Part shown: one piece after another, positions 38,429 to 47,500 of the stretch
Layout: each line of letters opens with the position of its first letter
Position numbering within the stretch: the first letter of the stretch is position 1
Source: an uncultured Selenomonadales bacterium
GTDB lineage: Bacteria > Bacillota > Negativicutes > Acidaminococcales > Acidaminococcaceae
Assembly (NCBI GenBank): GCA_900316935.1
Contig: ONEW01000008.1
Coordinates: 1,216 to 65,215 of the forward strand
Length of the DNA stretch: 64,000 nucleotides
Direction of reading: 5' to 3'
Translations under genes and position numbers: made by a program
Notes under the pieces: generated by a model
What the model was told of the DNA's origin: nothing
The model's database searches: none
The model's input: the letters and a program-made list of their open reading frames with translations, nothing else

Positions 38429-39652
38429 TCAGACGACCTGGAAGATGAAGAACTTCAAATAAAACGTTTCGGGCACGTTCCATAACACAGGGTGATCCGG
38501 TGCCTGTTGGCGCACTTCCACCTGACGGAGGGAGACGCCCGCTTCCTGCGCCGCGTCGCGCAGCATTTCGATGAACAGTTCCTCCGTCATGAAGTGGGAA
38601 CAGGAACAGGTGGCCAGGTAGCCGCCGCGGGGCAGCAGTTTCATGGCCTTCCGGTTGATGTCCTTGTAACCCCCCGTGGCATTGTGCACGGTCTTGCGCG
38701 ATTTTGTGAAGGCCGGCGGGTCAAGGATGATGAAGTCGTAGTCCCTGCAATGGGACGCCTCCAATTCGTCCAGCAAAGCGAAGACATCGGCCTGCCGCAC
38801 GTCCATGACATCAGCCACGCCGTTCTTTTCCGCGTTGGCCTTTGCCATTTTGCAGGCTTCGGCACTCACATCGACGGCGGTCACATGCGCCGCACCGCCT
38901 TTGGCCGCATTGAGGGCGAAGGACCCCGTATGGGTGAAACAGTCCAGGACGTGCTTGCCTCCGGCGATACGCGCCACAGACCGGCGGTTGTACTTCTGGT
39001 CCAGGAAGAAGCCCGTCTTCTGGCCGTTTTCCACGTCCACGTCGTACAAAATGCCGTTTTCGTCAATGGTCGTGATGCACGATGCCGGCACCGGCCCTCC
39101 CGCCAGGGGATACCACCCTTTCCCCTGTTCCAGCCCTTCCAGGACCCGGATTTTGACATCGTTGCGCTCGTAGATGCCGGACACGGTCTCGCCCATGTCC
39201 CGCAGGACTTTGACCATGAGCGGGAACAGGACATCTTTCCGCACCTCGATGCCCAGCGACAACGTCTGGGTCACGAGGATGTCGTTATAACGGTCCACCG
39301 TCAGTCCTGGGAACTGGTCCGCTTCGCCGAAGACGAGGCGGCAGCAGCGGAAATCTTTGCCAGGCATGACTGTGCGGCGGTAGGCGAAGGCGTACTGAAA
39401 GCGGCGTTCCCAAAAGGCGGAGTCAAACTTGTCGTTCGTGTTGCTGGACAGGATGCGGACGCGGATTTTGGAATGGTCGTTCACGAATCCCGTACCCAGG
39501 TATTTGCCTTTCTGGTTCACTACATCGACCAGGTCGCCGTTTTCATAGGTCCCTTCGACCTTCGTCACTTCTTCGCCATACACCCAGGGGTGGCCGGGAC
39601 GGACGGTCCGTTCGGCCTTCTTCGTGATGTAGAATTTCGGATAGGTGCGCAT
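38429..39652 (-). CDS. RlmI-family SAM-dependent rRNA methyltransferase (PUA domain)
   Basis: GHPWVY, GQKTGFFLDQ, LDCFTHTGSF, ILDPPAF, CSCS. Confidence 0.9.
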   Translation of the reverse strand: MRTYPKFYITKKAERTVRPGHPWVYGEEVTKVEGTYENGDLVDVVNQKGKYLGTGFVNDHSKIRVRILSSNTNDKFDSAFWERRFQYAFAYRRTVMPGKDFRCCRLVFGEADQFPGLTVDRYNDILVTQTLSLGIEVRKDVLFPLMVKVLRDMGETVSGIYERNDVKIRVLEGLEQGKGWYPLAGGPVPASCITTIDENGILYDVDVENGQKTGFFLDQKYNRRSVARIAGGKHVLDCFTHTGSFALNAAKGGAAHVTAVDVSAEACKMAKANAEKNGVADVMDVRQADVFALLDELEASHCRDYDFIILDPPAFTKSRKTVHNATGGYKDINRKAMKLLPRGGYLATCSCSHFMTEELFIEMLRDAAQEAGVSLRQVEVRQQAPDHPVLWNVPETFYLKFFIFQVV

Positions 39653-39661
39653 GGTTGCTCC

Positions 39662-40342
39662 TTAATGCTTCGCCGTATCGGCATCGGGCGGTTTCCCGCT
39701 GCCGTCGTTCATGAGGAACAGCAATCCGTCGTGGTACTGCTTCCAGAACGGAGCGAAGACTTCCTTCAGGATCTTGTCCGATATATCGCTGTTGACGGGC
39801 TCGGCAATCCCTTGGAAAATCAGGTTGAACCGATCCAGGAAGGCCTGCATGGCCAGGGTGTTGAAAATCCTGCCCATGGTGATTTCATCCAGGTGCAGGG
39901 GGATGAACCCGTCGTCCCGCAGGGCCTCGTAAGCCTTGGCGGCATCCACGCGCTTTTCCACCTGGTCCGCCACATTGCGGCGGATCAGGCTGTCTGCCAG
40001 TTCCTGCTGCCGCTCATTGACGATGCGGAAGCGCTGTTCCATATTTTCGCGTTGCAAATCCGTCAGATCGGCCCAGGCGGCGTTCTTTTCGTCGAAGGCT
40101 TGCTTCAGCAGGGCCAGCTCCTCGCGCATATAGTGATACAGGGCCAGTGAGCCTAAAGGCACCGAGTAACCCCGCAGGTGGAGGCGCTGGGGGACCAGCA
40201 GGTTCCCCTCCATCCGTTTGAGGCTCGCCGCAATATCCTTGACAGCCTCCTGGTCCTTCTTTTTCTGCATGAACTCGTTCAGGTAGCCCTTATGGCTCAA
40301 TGCCCGGACGATCTCCTGCGCATATTTTTCTGCCTGATGCAT
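39662..40342 (-). CDS. Hypothetical protein (helical)
   Basis: 226-aa ORF in the operon, RBS present, no motif recognised. Confidence 0.7.
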   Translation of the reverse strand: MHQAEKYAQEIVRALSHKGYLNEFMQKKKDQEAVKDIAASLKRMEGNLLVPQRLHLRGYSVPLGSLALYHYMREELALLKQAFDEKNAAWADLTDLQRENMEQRFRIVNERQQELADSLIRRNVADQVEKRVDAAKAYEALRDDGFIPLHLDEITMGRIFNTLAMQAFLDRFNLIFQGIAEPVNSDISDKILKEVFAPFWKQYHDGLLFLMNDGSGKPPDADTAKH

Positions 40343-40387
40343 GTCTCTAAAACCTTGCTTCCTTTTTAAATTTGTGCGCCACAGGCC

Positions 40388-40948
40388 TTATTTCAGCTTG
40401 TCATACTTGGCCTGCTCAATCTTGTAGACATCGTTCCCCTCGATGTCGATGCCCACGATGGCCGGGAAATCGACCACTTCGTAGCGGCGGATGGCTTCCG
40501 GTCCCAGATCTTCGTAGGCAATCATGGTCTCACTGCGGATGGACTGGGAGATGACCGCCGCCGTGCCGCCGATGGCGATGAAATAAACGGCATGGTGCTT
40601 TTTGCAGGCTTCCACAACGGCGTCATTGCGCAAGCCTTTGCCGATCATGCCTTTCATGCCCTGCTCAATCATGGTGGGCGTGTACTTGTCCATGCGGCCG
40701 CTCGTCGTCGGACCGGCACTGCCCACGATTTCACCAGGTTTGGCCGGCGTGGGGCCTACATAGTAGATGACCTGGTCCTGAACGTCGAAGGGCAGCTTTT
40801 CGCCGCGCTGCAGGGCTTCGTACATACGCTTGTGCGCAGCGTCGCGGGCCGTGTAGACAGGTCCCGTGATGCGCACGAAATCTCCGGCATGCAGGTCCTT
40901 CACGACCTCTTCCGTCAAAGGCGTCGTAATGTTCTTGATTTCAGCCAT
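40388..40948 (-). CDS. Fe-S hydro-lyase (fumarate/tartrate family) beta subunit
   Basis: TARDAAHKR, YVGPTP, GPTTSGRMD, IGKG. Confidence 0.92.
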   Translation of the reverse strand: MAEIKNITTPLTEEVVKDLHAGDFVRITGPVYTARDAAHKRMYEALQRGEKLPFDVQDQVIYYVGPTPAKPGEIVGSAGPTTSGRMDKYTPTMIEQGMKGMIGKGLRNDAVVEACKKHHAVYFIAIGGTAAVISQSIRSETMIAYEDLGPEAIRRYEVVDFPAIVGIDIEGNDVYKIEQAKYDKLK

Positions 40949-40964
40949 AATCCTTTCCCCCTTC

Positions 40965-41810
40965 TCAAAGTACCGCTTCCGCACGGCGCGCCGCATGGCA
41001 GTTGAAGATGACCGCGCAAGGCAGTCCGCCGATATGGGTCGGGGCGTATTCGATGTTCACGGCCAGGGCCGTCGTCGTGCCGCCCAGGCCGGCCGGGCCG
41101 ACACCGGTCCTATTGACCAGTTCCAGCAGTTTGTCTTCCAGTTCGGCATATTGCGGATTGGCGTTGTGTTCGCCAATGTTGCGGGCCAGAGCATATTTAG
41201 CCAGCTCCGTGGCCTTTTCCGCATTGCCGCCGACACCCACACCGACCGTAACGGGCGGGCAGGGGTTCGGGCCGGCCGTCTTGACGGCTTCCAGCACGAA
41301 GTTGATGACGCCGTTCAGTCCATCGGCCGGTTTCAGCATGCGCAGCTGGGACATGTTCTCGCTGCCACAGCCTTTCGGGAGGACGACGAGGCGCACCTTG
41401 TCGCCAGGCACGATGCGGCAGTGGATGATGGCCGGCGTGTTGTCCTTCGTGTTCTTGCGTTCGAAAACCGGGTCGTCCACGGACGATTTGCGCAGGTAGC
41501 CGTCGGTGTAGCCTTGGGCCACGCCCCTGTTGATGGCGTCCCACAGGTCGCCGCCCGTAAAGTGCACGTCCTGGCCGATATCGATGTAGACCACCGTCAG
41601 GCCGGTATCCTGGCACATGGGGACGGCTTTCTTCGTCGCCAGCCGGGCGTTTTCGATGATGGTGTCCAGAACTTGCCGTCCCAGCGGGGACTCTTCCTTC
41701 GTTTCCGCCTGTTCCAATTTGGACAGCACACTCGCCGGCAGGTAGTAGCACGAGTCAATGCAGCATTTGGCAACGGCATCGGTCACTTTTTTTACGTCGA
41801 TTTCACGCAT
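40965..41810 (-). CDS. Fe-S hydro-lyase (class I fumarase type) alpha subunit
   Basis: PMCQDTG, LRKSSV, KGCGSEN, NPCPP, HIGGLP, CHAAR. Confidence 0.92.
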   Translation of the reverse strand: MREIDVKKVTDAVAKCCIDSCYYLPASVLSKLEQAETKEESPLGRQVLDTIIENARLATKKAVPMCQDTGLTVVYIDIGQDVHFTGGDLWDAINRGVAQGYTDGYLRKSSVDDPVFERKNTKDNTPAIIHCRIVPGDKVRLVVLPKGCGSENMSQLRMLKPADGLNGVINFVLEAVKTAGPNPCPPVTVGVGVGGNAEKATELAKYALARNIGEHNANPQYAELEDKLLELVNRTGVGPAGLGGTTTALAVNIEYAPTHIGGLPCAVIFNCHAARRAEAVL

Positions 41811-41971
41811 GATCTGTTCCTCCTGTTCCGTCTCTTTTCTGAATCAAGGGAGCCTGGCTCCCGGATGGTCATTATTTATATTTTAATCTATTTGCCGCAA
41901 ATATGCAAAAACCCGCCGGAACCGGATCCGGCGGGTCGGTCTGCTGAAAAATCCGGGCAGCCGTCACCCGG

Positions 41972-43222
41972 TCATTCTTCCATGGGGACGCCGTTGACAC
42001 GCAGGTACGTGCTGCGACGGATTTCTTCGGGATCTCTCTGCTCGCGGGCCACCCCTGTGCCCATCGCCGCTTTGGCGACGGCAGCCGCGACCGCGGGAGC
42101 CACGCGCTTGTCAAAGGCGTTGGGGACGACGTAATCCTCCCGCAGCTCGTTTTCCGGAATCAGTTCGGCAATGGCATGGACGGCGGCCACCTTCATGGCT
42201 TCATTAATTTCGCGGGCCCGGACGTCGATGGCGCCACGGAACACGCCAGGGAACACGTTGACGTTGTTGACCTGGTTCGGCGTATCACTGCGGCCGGTGC
42301 CGGCCACTCTGGCTCCGGCGGCTTTCGCTTCGGCATAGCTGATTTCCGGTACCGGGTTGGCCATGGCAAAGACGACGGGGTCCTTGGCCATGGAACGGAT
42401 CATGTCCTGCGTAAAGGAACCGGGTGCGGACACACCGAGCAGGACATCGGCCCCCTTCACGATATCGGCCAGCCGGCCTTTGCGTCTTTCCTTGTTCGTC
42501 ACTTTGGACAGGGCTTCCTGCACGCGGTCCAGGGGACGGCCGTTGTTGTCGCAGCCTTCGTAGAGGGCGCCGTGGTGCAGCATGACGATGAGGTTTTCCG
42601 CCCCGGCGTCCACCAGCAGGCGGCCGATGGCCGTACCGGCGGCACCGGCACCGTTCAGAACGATCTTCGCCGTGCGGATGTCCTTCTTGACCAGACGCAG
42701 GGCGCCCATGACGGCGGATACGCAGGCAATGGCCGTACCGTGCTGGTCGTCGTGGAACACGGGGATTTCCAGTTCCTTCTTCAGTTCGTCTTCAATGTCG
42801 TAGCACTTCGGCGACTGGATGTCTTCCAGATTGATGCCGGCATAGTTGCCCTGCAGCGCCTTGACGATGACGACGAACTTGTCCTTGTCCGTCTCGTCGA
42901 TGCAGACGGGCACGGCGTCCACGGCACCGAAGCGTTTGAACAGGGCGGCCTTGCCTTCCATGACGGGCATGGCGGCACGGGCGCCGATCTTGCCGAGGCC
43001 CAGGACACGGGTGCCATCCGTGCAGATGGCGACCATGTTGCCGCGGCAGGTCAGGTCGAAGGAGCGGTCCGCCTCTTCCTTGATGGCGAGGCACGGAGCC
43101 GCTACGCCCGGCGTGTAAGCGACGGCCAGGTCATGGTCGTTCTCCAGGGGCACCTTGCCGTGTGTTTCAATCTTACCGTTGTATTTGAGGTGCAGCTGCA
43201 TCGATTCTTCGCGCAAATCCAT
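41972..43222 (-). CDS. NAD(P)-dependent malic enzyme
   Basis: AYTPGVA, DGTRVLGLG, PVMEGK, INLEDI, FHDDQHGTA, NGAGAAG, AMANPVPE. GGAGG RBS before ATG 43222. Confidence 0.94.
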   Translation of the reverse strand: MDLREESMQLHLKYNGKIETHGKVPLENDHDLAVAYTPGVAAPCLAIKEEADRSFDLTCRGNMVAICTDGTRVLGLGKIGARAAMPVMEGKAALFKRFGAVDAVPVCIDETDKDKFVVIVKALQGNYAGINLEDIQSPKCYDIEDELKKELEIPVFHDDQHGTAIACVSAVMGALRLVKKDIRTAKIVLNGAGAAGTAIGRLLVDAGAENLIVMLHHGALYEGCDNNGRPLDRVQEALSKVTNKERRKGRLADIVKGADVLLGVSAPGSFTQDMIRSMAKDPVVFAMANPVPEISYAEAKAAGARVAGTGRSDTPNQVNNVNVFPGVFRGAIDVRAREINEAMKVAAVHAIAELIPENELREDYVVPNAFDKRVAPAVAAAVAKAAMGTGVAREQRDPEEIRRSTYLRVNGVPMEE

Positions 43223-43250
43223 TTCTGTTTCCTCCTTCGGATAAAAAAAA

Positions 43251-43381
43251 TAGTAGCATAGAAGGGAATTAGTGTATGCTACTATTTTATACAATATATA
43301 GTTTAAATGCAAGACCCAGAATGTAAATATTTTGTGGAATCCCTTCGGGGCAAAATCGCGGGTCCGGAAATAGTGTATGCT
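43251..43381 (-). promoter_or_regulatory. Malic enzyme/fumarase promoter with repeated operator
   Basis: TTGCAT(43312)-N17-TAAAAT(43289). Inverted repeat TAGTAGCATA-N14-TATGCTACTA; TAGTGTATGCT at 43270 and 43371. Confidence 0.55.
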
Positions 43382-43395
43382 GTTTCCCTTCCCTG

Positions 43396-43884
43396 TCACA
43401 CCGTATAAAAGTCCACCCGGGGCTTCCGTCCTTTGCTGAGGGTCAGCACGGCGAATCCGGCCCGGCTGCCGTCCCGCGGGCGGGACGGACTGCCGGGATT
43501 GACGATCCACACGCCGTCCTGTTCCTCAAAAACAGGGCGGTGGATATGGCCAAAAATCACGATGTCCTGTTCCAACTTGCGGGCCCACCAGAAGAGCTGG
43601 TTGATGTCGCGCGCATCGCCCACGTACAGATTGCCGTGGGTGACCCAGACCTTGCAGCCTTCCCACTCCAGGAAGGCATCCGGCTTAGCTGTCACCGGTC
43701 CGTGCAGGGCGTCGCAGTTGCCGCAGACGCGGCAGACCGGGAGGCCTGTAGCCTGCTCCAGCAGGTTCGCGTCATCGGCGAAATCGCCGCAATGAATCCA
43801 CCGTTCCACCGGGGGGGTCACAGCCAGCACTTTGCGGATGGAGGCTGCGTCGCCGTGGGTATCACTGATGATTCCTATTTTCAT
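43396..43884 (-). CDS. YfcE/YsnB-family metallophosphoesterase
   Basis: IISDTHG, HCGD, CGNCD, THG, FGHIH, NPGS. Confidence 0.92.
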   Translation of the reverse strand: MKIGIISDTHGDAASIRKVLAVTPPVERWIHCGDFADDANLLEQATGLPVCRVCGNCDALHGPVTAKPDAFLEWEGCKVWVTHGNLYVGDARDINQLFWWARKLEQDIVIFGHIHRPVFEEQDGVWIVNPGSPSRPRDGSRAGFAVLTLSKGRKPRVDFYTV

Positions 43885-43899
43885 GGTCCCGTTCTATCC

Positions 43900-44490
43900 T
43901 CACTTGATCTTCTTCCAATTGGCGATGAGTTTTTTCAGCGCCTTGCCGCGGTGGCTGATGCGGTTCTTCTCTTCCTGCGTGGCTTCGCCCATGCCCTTGT
44001 GCAGTTCTGTGGACCAGACCAGGGGATCGTAGCCGAATCCGTTCTCCCCCAGGGGTTCATGGAGCAGCAGCCCGTCGCAGCAGCCGTCCGACTCGGCGAC
44101 AATCCTGCCATCGGGATTCGCCACGGCCAGGGCACAACGGAAGCGGCAGGTCCGTTTGACCTGGAACTTCATCTGCTGCAGGAGTTTGTTGTTGTTCTCC
44201 TCGTCCGTCGCCTTTTCCCCTGCATAGCGGGCGCTCCGCACGCCGGGGGCGCCGTCCAGGGCCTTCACTTCGAGGCCCGAATCGTCGGCGAGGCAGTATT
44301 CGTGCAGGTTTTTCGCATAATAAGATGCCTTGAGCTTCGCGTTGGCCGCGAAGGTATGGCCCGTTTCATTGGGCTCTACGAGCTGGGGATAGTCGGCCAG
44401 GCATTTGACCGTGACAGGCAGGTCCTTCAGCATTTCCTTGAACTCTGCCGTCTTCCCCAGATTATGTGTGGCAATGACCAGTGTATCCAT
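43900..44490 (-). CDS. rdgB: Non-canonical purine NTP pyrophosphatase (RdgB/HAM1)
   Basis: ATHNLGK, DDSGL, GAPGVRSARY, GFGYDP, KNRISHRG. Confidence 0.94.
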   Translation of the reverse strand: MDTLVIATHNLGKTAEFKEMLKDLPVTVKCLADYPQLVEPNETGHTFAANAKLKASYYAKNLHEYCLADDSGLEVKALDGAPGVRSARYAGEKATDEENNNKLLQQMKFQVKRTCRFRCALAVANPDGRIVAESDGCCDGLLLHEPLGENGFGYDPLVWSTELHKGMGEATQEEKNRISHRGKALKKLIANWKKIK

Positions 44491-44567
44491 GGGAACCTCC
44501 TTTTGGCTGGCGGTCCGGCGGGCCGGTCCCATCGTGCCGTCCCGGGCCGCGTCACATTCACCGGCGC

Positions 44568-45098
44568 TTACTGGAGGAGCGCCTGCATTTCTTCACGCGG
44601 AATCAGGATGTTTTCCTTGTTGTGGAACAGGGCCATACGGCCGCGGCGTTCCACATACAGGGCAATTTCCACGTCGGGCAGTCCCTGAAGGGCTTCCGCG
44701 GCGGTCTTGCGGCCGTTACGGGGCGTCACTTCGAGGGTGACCGTCAGATGGGATGCTTCGCCGCCCGGTACCAGGCGGGCTTCGAAATAATCATCCGTAC
44801 GGGGTGCGGCGGGATGGTTGACACGGCCGCGCATCAGGGCGCCGTCGTACTGTTCGTCGGGCAGGTAGACGCGCACGAAGGCATCCAGGAAGATGGCTTC
44901 GTTGCTGCCGGTGTTCTTGTAGGGCACATCGAAGGAGAAGACGACCTTGTCGTCCGTCCGGGAAACCAGGGCGGCCTTGGTCCGCCTGCCCTTATAGAAG
45001 ACGAGCCGCTTGTCGTCCGCGGCGTGGGAGCGGATCAGATGCAGGGTGAACAGTGCGACCAGGACGATCAGCACCACGATAACTGCTGACACTATCAT
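44568..45098 (-). CDS. Membrane-anchored hypothetical protein (beta-rich)
   Basis: Single N-terminal TM, GGAGG RBS, coupled to the CofE-like gene. Confidence 0.72.
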   Translation of the reverse strand: MIVSAVIVVLIVLVALFTLHLIRSHAADDKRLVFYKGRRTKAALVSRTDDKVVFSFDVPYKNTGSNEAIFLDAFVRVYLPDEQYDGALMRGRVNHPAAPRTDDYFEARLVPGGEASHLTVTLEVTPRNGRKTAAEALQGLPDVEIALYVERRGRMALFHNKENILIPREEMQALLQ

Positions 45099-45111
45099 CT
45101 ATATGCCTCCC

Positions 45112-45753
45112 TCAATCCTTATTATAGTTCTTGATGATGCAGATCGGCGTCTTCTGGCTGGCGTTGCCGAAGGGGTTGTCAATCAGGATCTGTGACACTT
45201 TGGCGGGATCCACGCCTTCGGTCCAGCCGATGATGGCGGCGCGCTTCAAATCATTGACGTCGGCAATGACGGCACCGTAAACACCGCATTCCTTCTTGAT
45301 GGCACTGACCACTTCGAAGGGCTTCACCGGCCCGTAGACGATGTGCTTGTCATAAGGCGGCATAGTGCCCGTCACGTCGTCAATCAGGCGGGCCTGATAG
45401 CCGGCGAGCTGATAGAACACGCCGCGTCTGCCCAGCACCTTGGTGATGGCGCCAACCAGGAAAGCACCCAGCACGCGGGCGCTGCTCTCCGTGTCGATGA
45501 GGGCCTGCATGCAGTACCAGCCGCTGATGCTGCCGTAAGACGGGAAGAAATGGCACAGGATCTTGGCCAGCCAGCCCGGCTTGAATTCCTCGCACCGTTT
45601 GGCCATGCCCTGCGTGATGGCGACCACGCTTTCTGCGGAACAGATTACGTCGTTGGGGCCGAATTTGCCCTTGCCGTACTCCTTGATTGCGTCCACAATG
45701 TTGTCCCGCGACGTCAGGATACGCGTCGGAATGGGAACGATTTCATAACTCAT
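45112..45753 (-). CDS. CofE-like (F420-0:gamma-glutamyl ligase family) protein
   Basis: PIPTRIL, CSAESVVAITQG, IDDVTGTMPPYD, IADVNDL, DNPFGNASQKTP. RBS favours ATG 45753. Confidence 0.72.
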   Translation of the reverse strand: MSYEIVPIPTRILTSRDNIVDAIKEYGKGKFGPNDVICSAESVVAITQGMAKRCEEFKPGWLAKILCHFFPSYGSISGWYCMQALIDTESSARVLGAFLVGAITKVLGRRGVFYQLAGYQARLIDDVTGTMPPYDKHIVYGPVKPFEVVSAIKKECGVYGAVIADVNDLKRAAIIGWTEGVDPAKVSQILIDNPFGNASQKTPICIIKNYNKD

Positions 45754-45795
45754 AAGCTCATCCACCTCTGAAAATTACGCTTCTGTCCGCCCGCA

Positions 45796-46221
45796 TCACA
45801 CCCGGTCTGCGTCCCGGTCCTGCTCGTACAAGGCCTGTATGCGGCTGAACCAGGGTTCGCCGATGCGGGTGATTTTGCCATTCTTGTCCGTAAATACGTT
45901 GACCGTGTCGGCCTCGACCAGCACCTTCCCTGTCGCCACGTGCACGACTGCATAGGAAAAGTGCAGCTTCGCGCGGTTGAACCCGGCGAGCGTCGTCCGC
46001 ACCTCGTATTCATCGTCAAATCGGGCGGAACGGATGTACCGCACATGGATTTCCCGGATGGGGAACAGCATCCCTGCGGCCATCATCTCGTTCAGGTCGA
46101 CGCCGCAGGCCCGCAGATAGGCCACACGGCCCATCTCCAGCCAAGGCAGGTAACGCGAATGGTAGACCACGGCCATGAGGTCCGTCTCTTCGAAGCGGAC
46201 CCGGTCACGAATTGCAATCAT
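45796..46221 (-). CDS. YbgC/FadM-family acyl-CoA thioesterase
   Basis: RVRFEETDLMAVVYHSRYLPWLEMGR hotdog-fold motif. Confidence 0.9.
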   Translation of the reverse strand: MIAIRDRVRFEETDLMAVVYHSRYLPWLEMGRVAYLRACGVDLNEMMAAGMLFPIREIHVRYIRSARFDDEYEVRTTLAGFNRAKLHFSYAVVHVATGKVLVEADTVNVFTDKNGKITRIGEPWFSRIQALYEQDRDADRV

Positions 46222-46284
46222 AGATACCTCCGTTCCCCTTTGCCGGGGTTATAGATTAACTATAATATTATATCAAAAAGATGT

Positions 46285-47019
46285 CTAAAAGTACACTGCC
46301 GGAAAGGGAAACCCGGCCGGTTCCACGGCCACCACCGTGAGACGGCCGCTGGCGACACGGAATTTCACCTCAAGACCGGCGAACCTGAAGCCGTACACCC
46401 GGTCCGGGTCATCCTGGTAATGGGGCCGCGGGTCCTCCCGCAGCACACCCAGCAGGGCATCCCGTTCCGCTTCCGGTACCTGCGCCAGCAGAGCGGGCGG
46501 GAACACCACTTCCAATTCCCGGAAGGGCGTCGTGTCCGTAAATCCGCCCGTTGCCTCGCTGTGGCTGTCCACGGCCGGCAGGTAGGGCTTGATGTCCAGA
46601 ATCGGCGTGCCGTCCATCAGGTCGATGCCGGACACATGGAGCACCGGTCCTTCGGCCGTATCCAGTTCGACCCGTTCCAGGCGCACGGACGAAAGGCCGA
46701 TGCCGTTCGGCCGGAATGGCGAACGCGTCGCAAAGACGCCCATGCGCACGTTGCCGCCCAGCCGGGGCGGACGCACCGTGGCCGCCCAGCGGGAGCGCCG
46801 TGCTTCCGAAAAGTACCAGATGAGCCACAGGTGGCTGTATCCCCCGATACCGCGCAGCGCTTCCGCCTGTGCGTATTCCTTCGTGAAGACAATGCGCCCC
46901 GTCAGCGCTGGCACGACTCCGCTCTGCCGGGGAATCCCGAACTTCGTCGGAAACGCTGTCCGGATATGGGCGATGGGATGCATGACGATGGCCTCCCCGT
47001 CCTGTCGTTTGAAATCCAT
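46285..47019 (-). CDS. tsaA: tRNA t6A37 N6-methyltransferase TrmO/TsaA
   Basis: KFGIPRQSG, VRPPRLGG, GVFATRSPFRPN, DGTPILDIKPY, C-terminal DPRPHY. Confidence 0.92.
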   Translation of the reverse strand: MDFKRQDGEAIVMHPIAHIRTAFPTKFGIPRQSGVVPALTGRIVFTKEYAQAEALRGIGGYSHLWLIWYFSEARRSRWAATVRPPRLGGNVRMGVFATRSPFRPNGIGLSSVRLERVELDTAEGPVLHVSGIDLMDGTPILDIKPYLPAVDSHSEATGGFTDTTPFRELEVVFPPALLAQVPEAERDALLGVLREDPRPHYQDDPDRVYGFRFAGLEVKFRVASGRLTVVAVEPAGFPFPAVYF

Positions 47020-47204
47020 ACGGTCTTCCCGCCTTTCCTTTGTATCTCCTGGTTTATTATAGCCTGTCCGCTGATTCTGCAAAAGGGTATTAATTGTATG
47101 GAAATTGCGAAAAAGTCGTCATAAATAGTTACATTTCATAAAAACTTCACAAACATTACCGTTTTTGAACACAATTAAAATCGCGGATAAGGTATAATAA
47201 AGCT

Positions 47205-47416
47205 GTCAAACGAAGTTATATCCCCAATAACCGTTTGACGTATCCCCAGGTAATTTTGTGGCAGCGATGTTCCCCTACGTCGTTGCCGGAAAAACAGAAT
47301 TACCGATTGTTCTTCAATCATCTCCCTTATCCTTATGCTTCCCCAGCATAAGGACCCCTAAACCGAGATCCCTGAAAAGGGCAAAAAACTCCGTGCTTCT
47401 CCGCACGGAGTTTTTT
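47205..47416 (+). ncRNA. Candidate structured sRNA with multiple UCCCC hairpin loops
   Basis: TATAAT at 47193-47198, five hairpins plus a terminator, UCCCC at 47221, 47243, 47271 and 47340. G-U pairs support the plus strand. Confidence 0.75.
47383..47416. terminator. Bidirectional intrinsic terminator
   Basis: AAAAAACTCCGTGC-TTCTCC-GCACGGAGTTTTTT. Confidence 0.88.
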
Positions 47417-47500
47417 GCGTTTCAGGACATTTTTATACACAAAAATACATCTACTAACCAAAAACAGGTATTTTTTGTACTTACAATTTAAAATCCATTC

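Noticed and set aside
45112-45753. Genuine coenzyme F420 biosynthesis
   Set aside because: No cofC, cofD or fbiC genes or F420-dependent enzymes in the window; only family-level similarity.
47105-47152. Rex operator upstream of the sRNA
   Set aside because: Only separate half-sites (TTGCGAA, TTCACAA); each possible 18-mer has three or more mismatches to TTGTGAA-N4-TTCACAA.
47205-47416. Reading the RNA on the minus strand as a CsrB/RsmZ-like GGA-loop sponge
   Set aside because: The -10 box points along the plus strand, and the G-U pairs in P2 become A-C mismatches on the minus strand.
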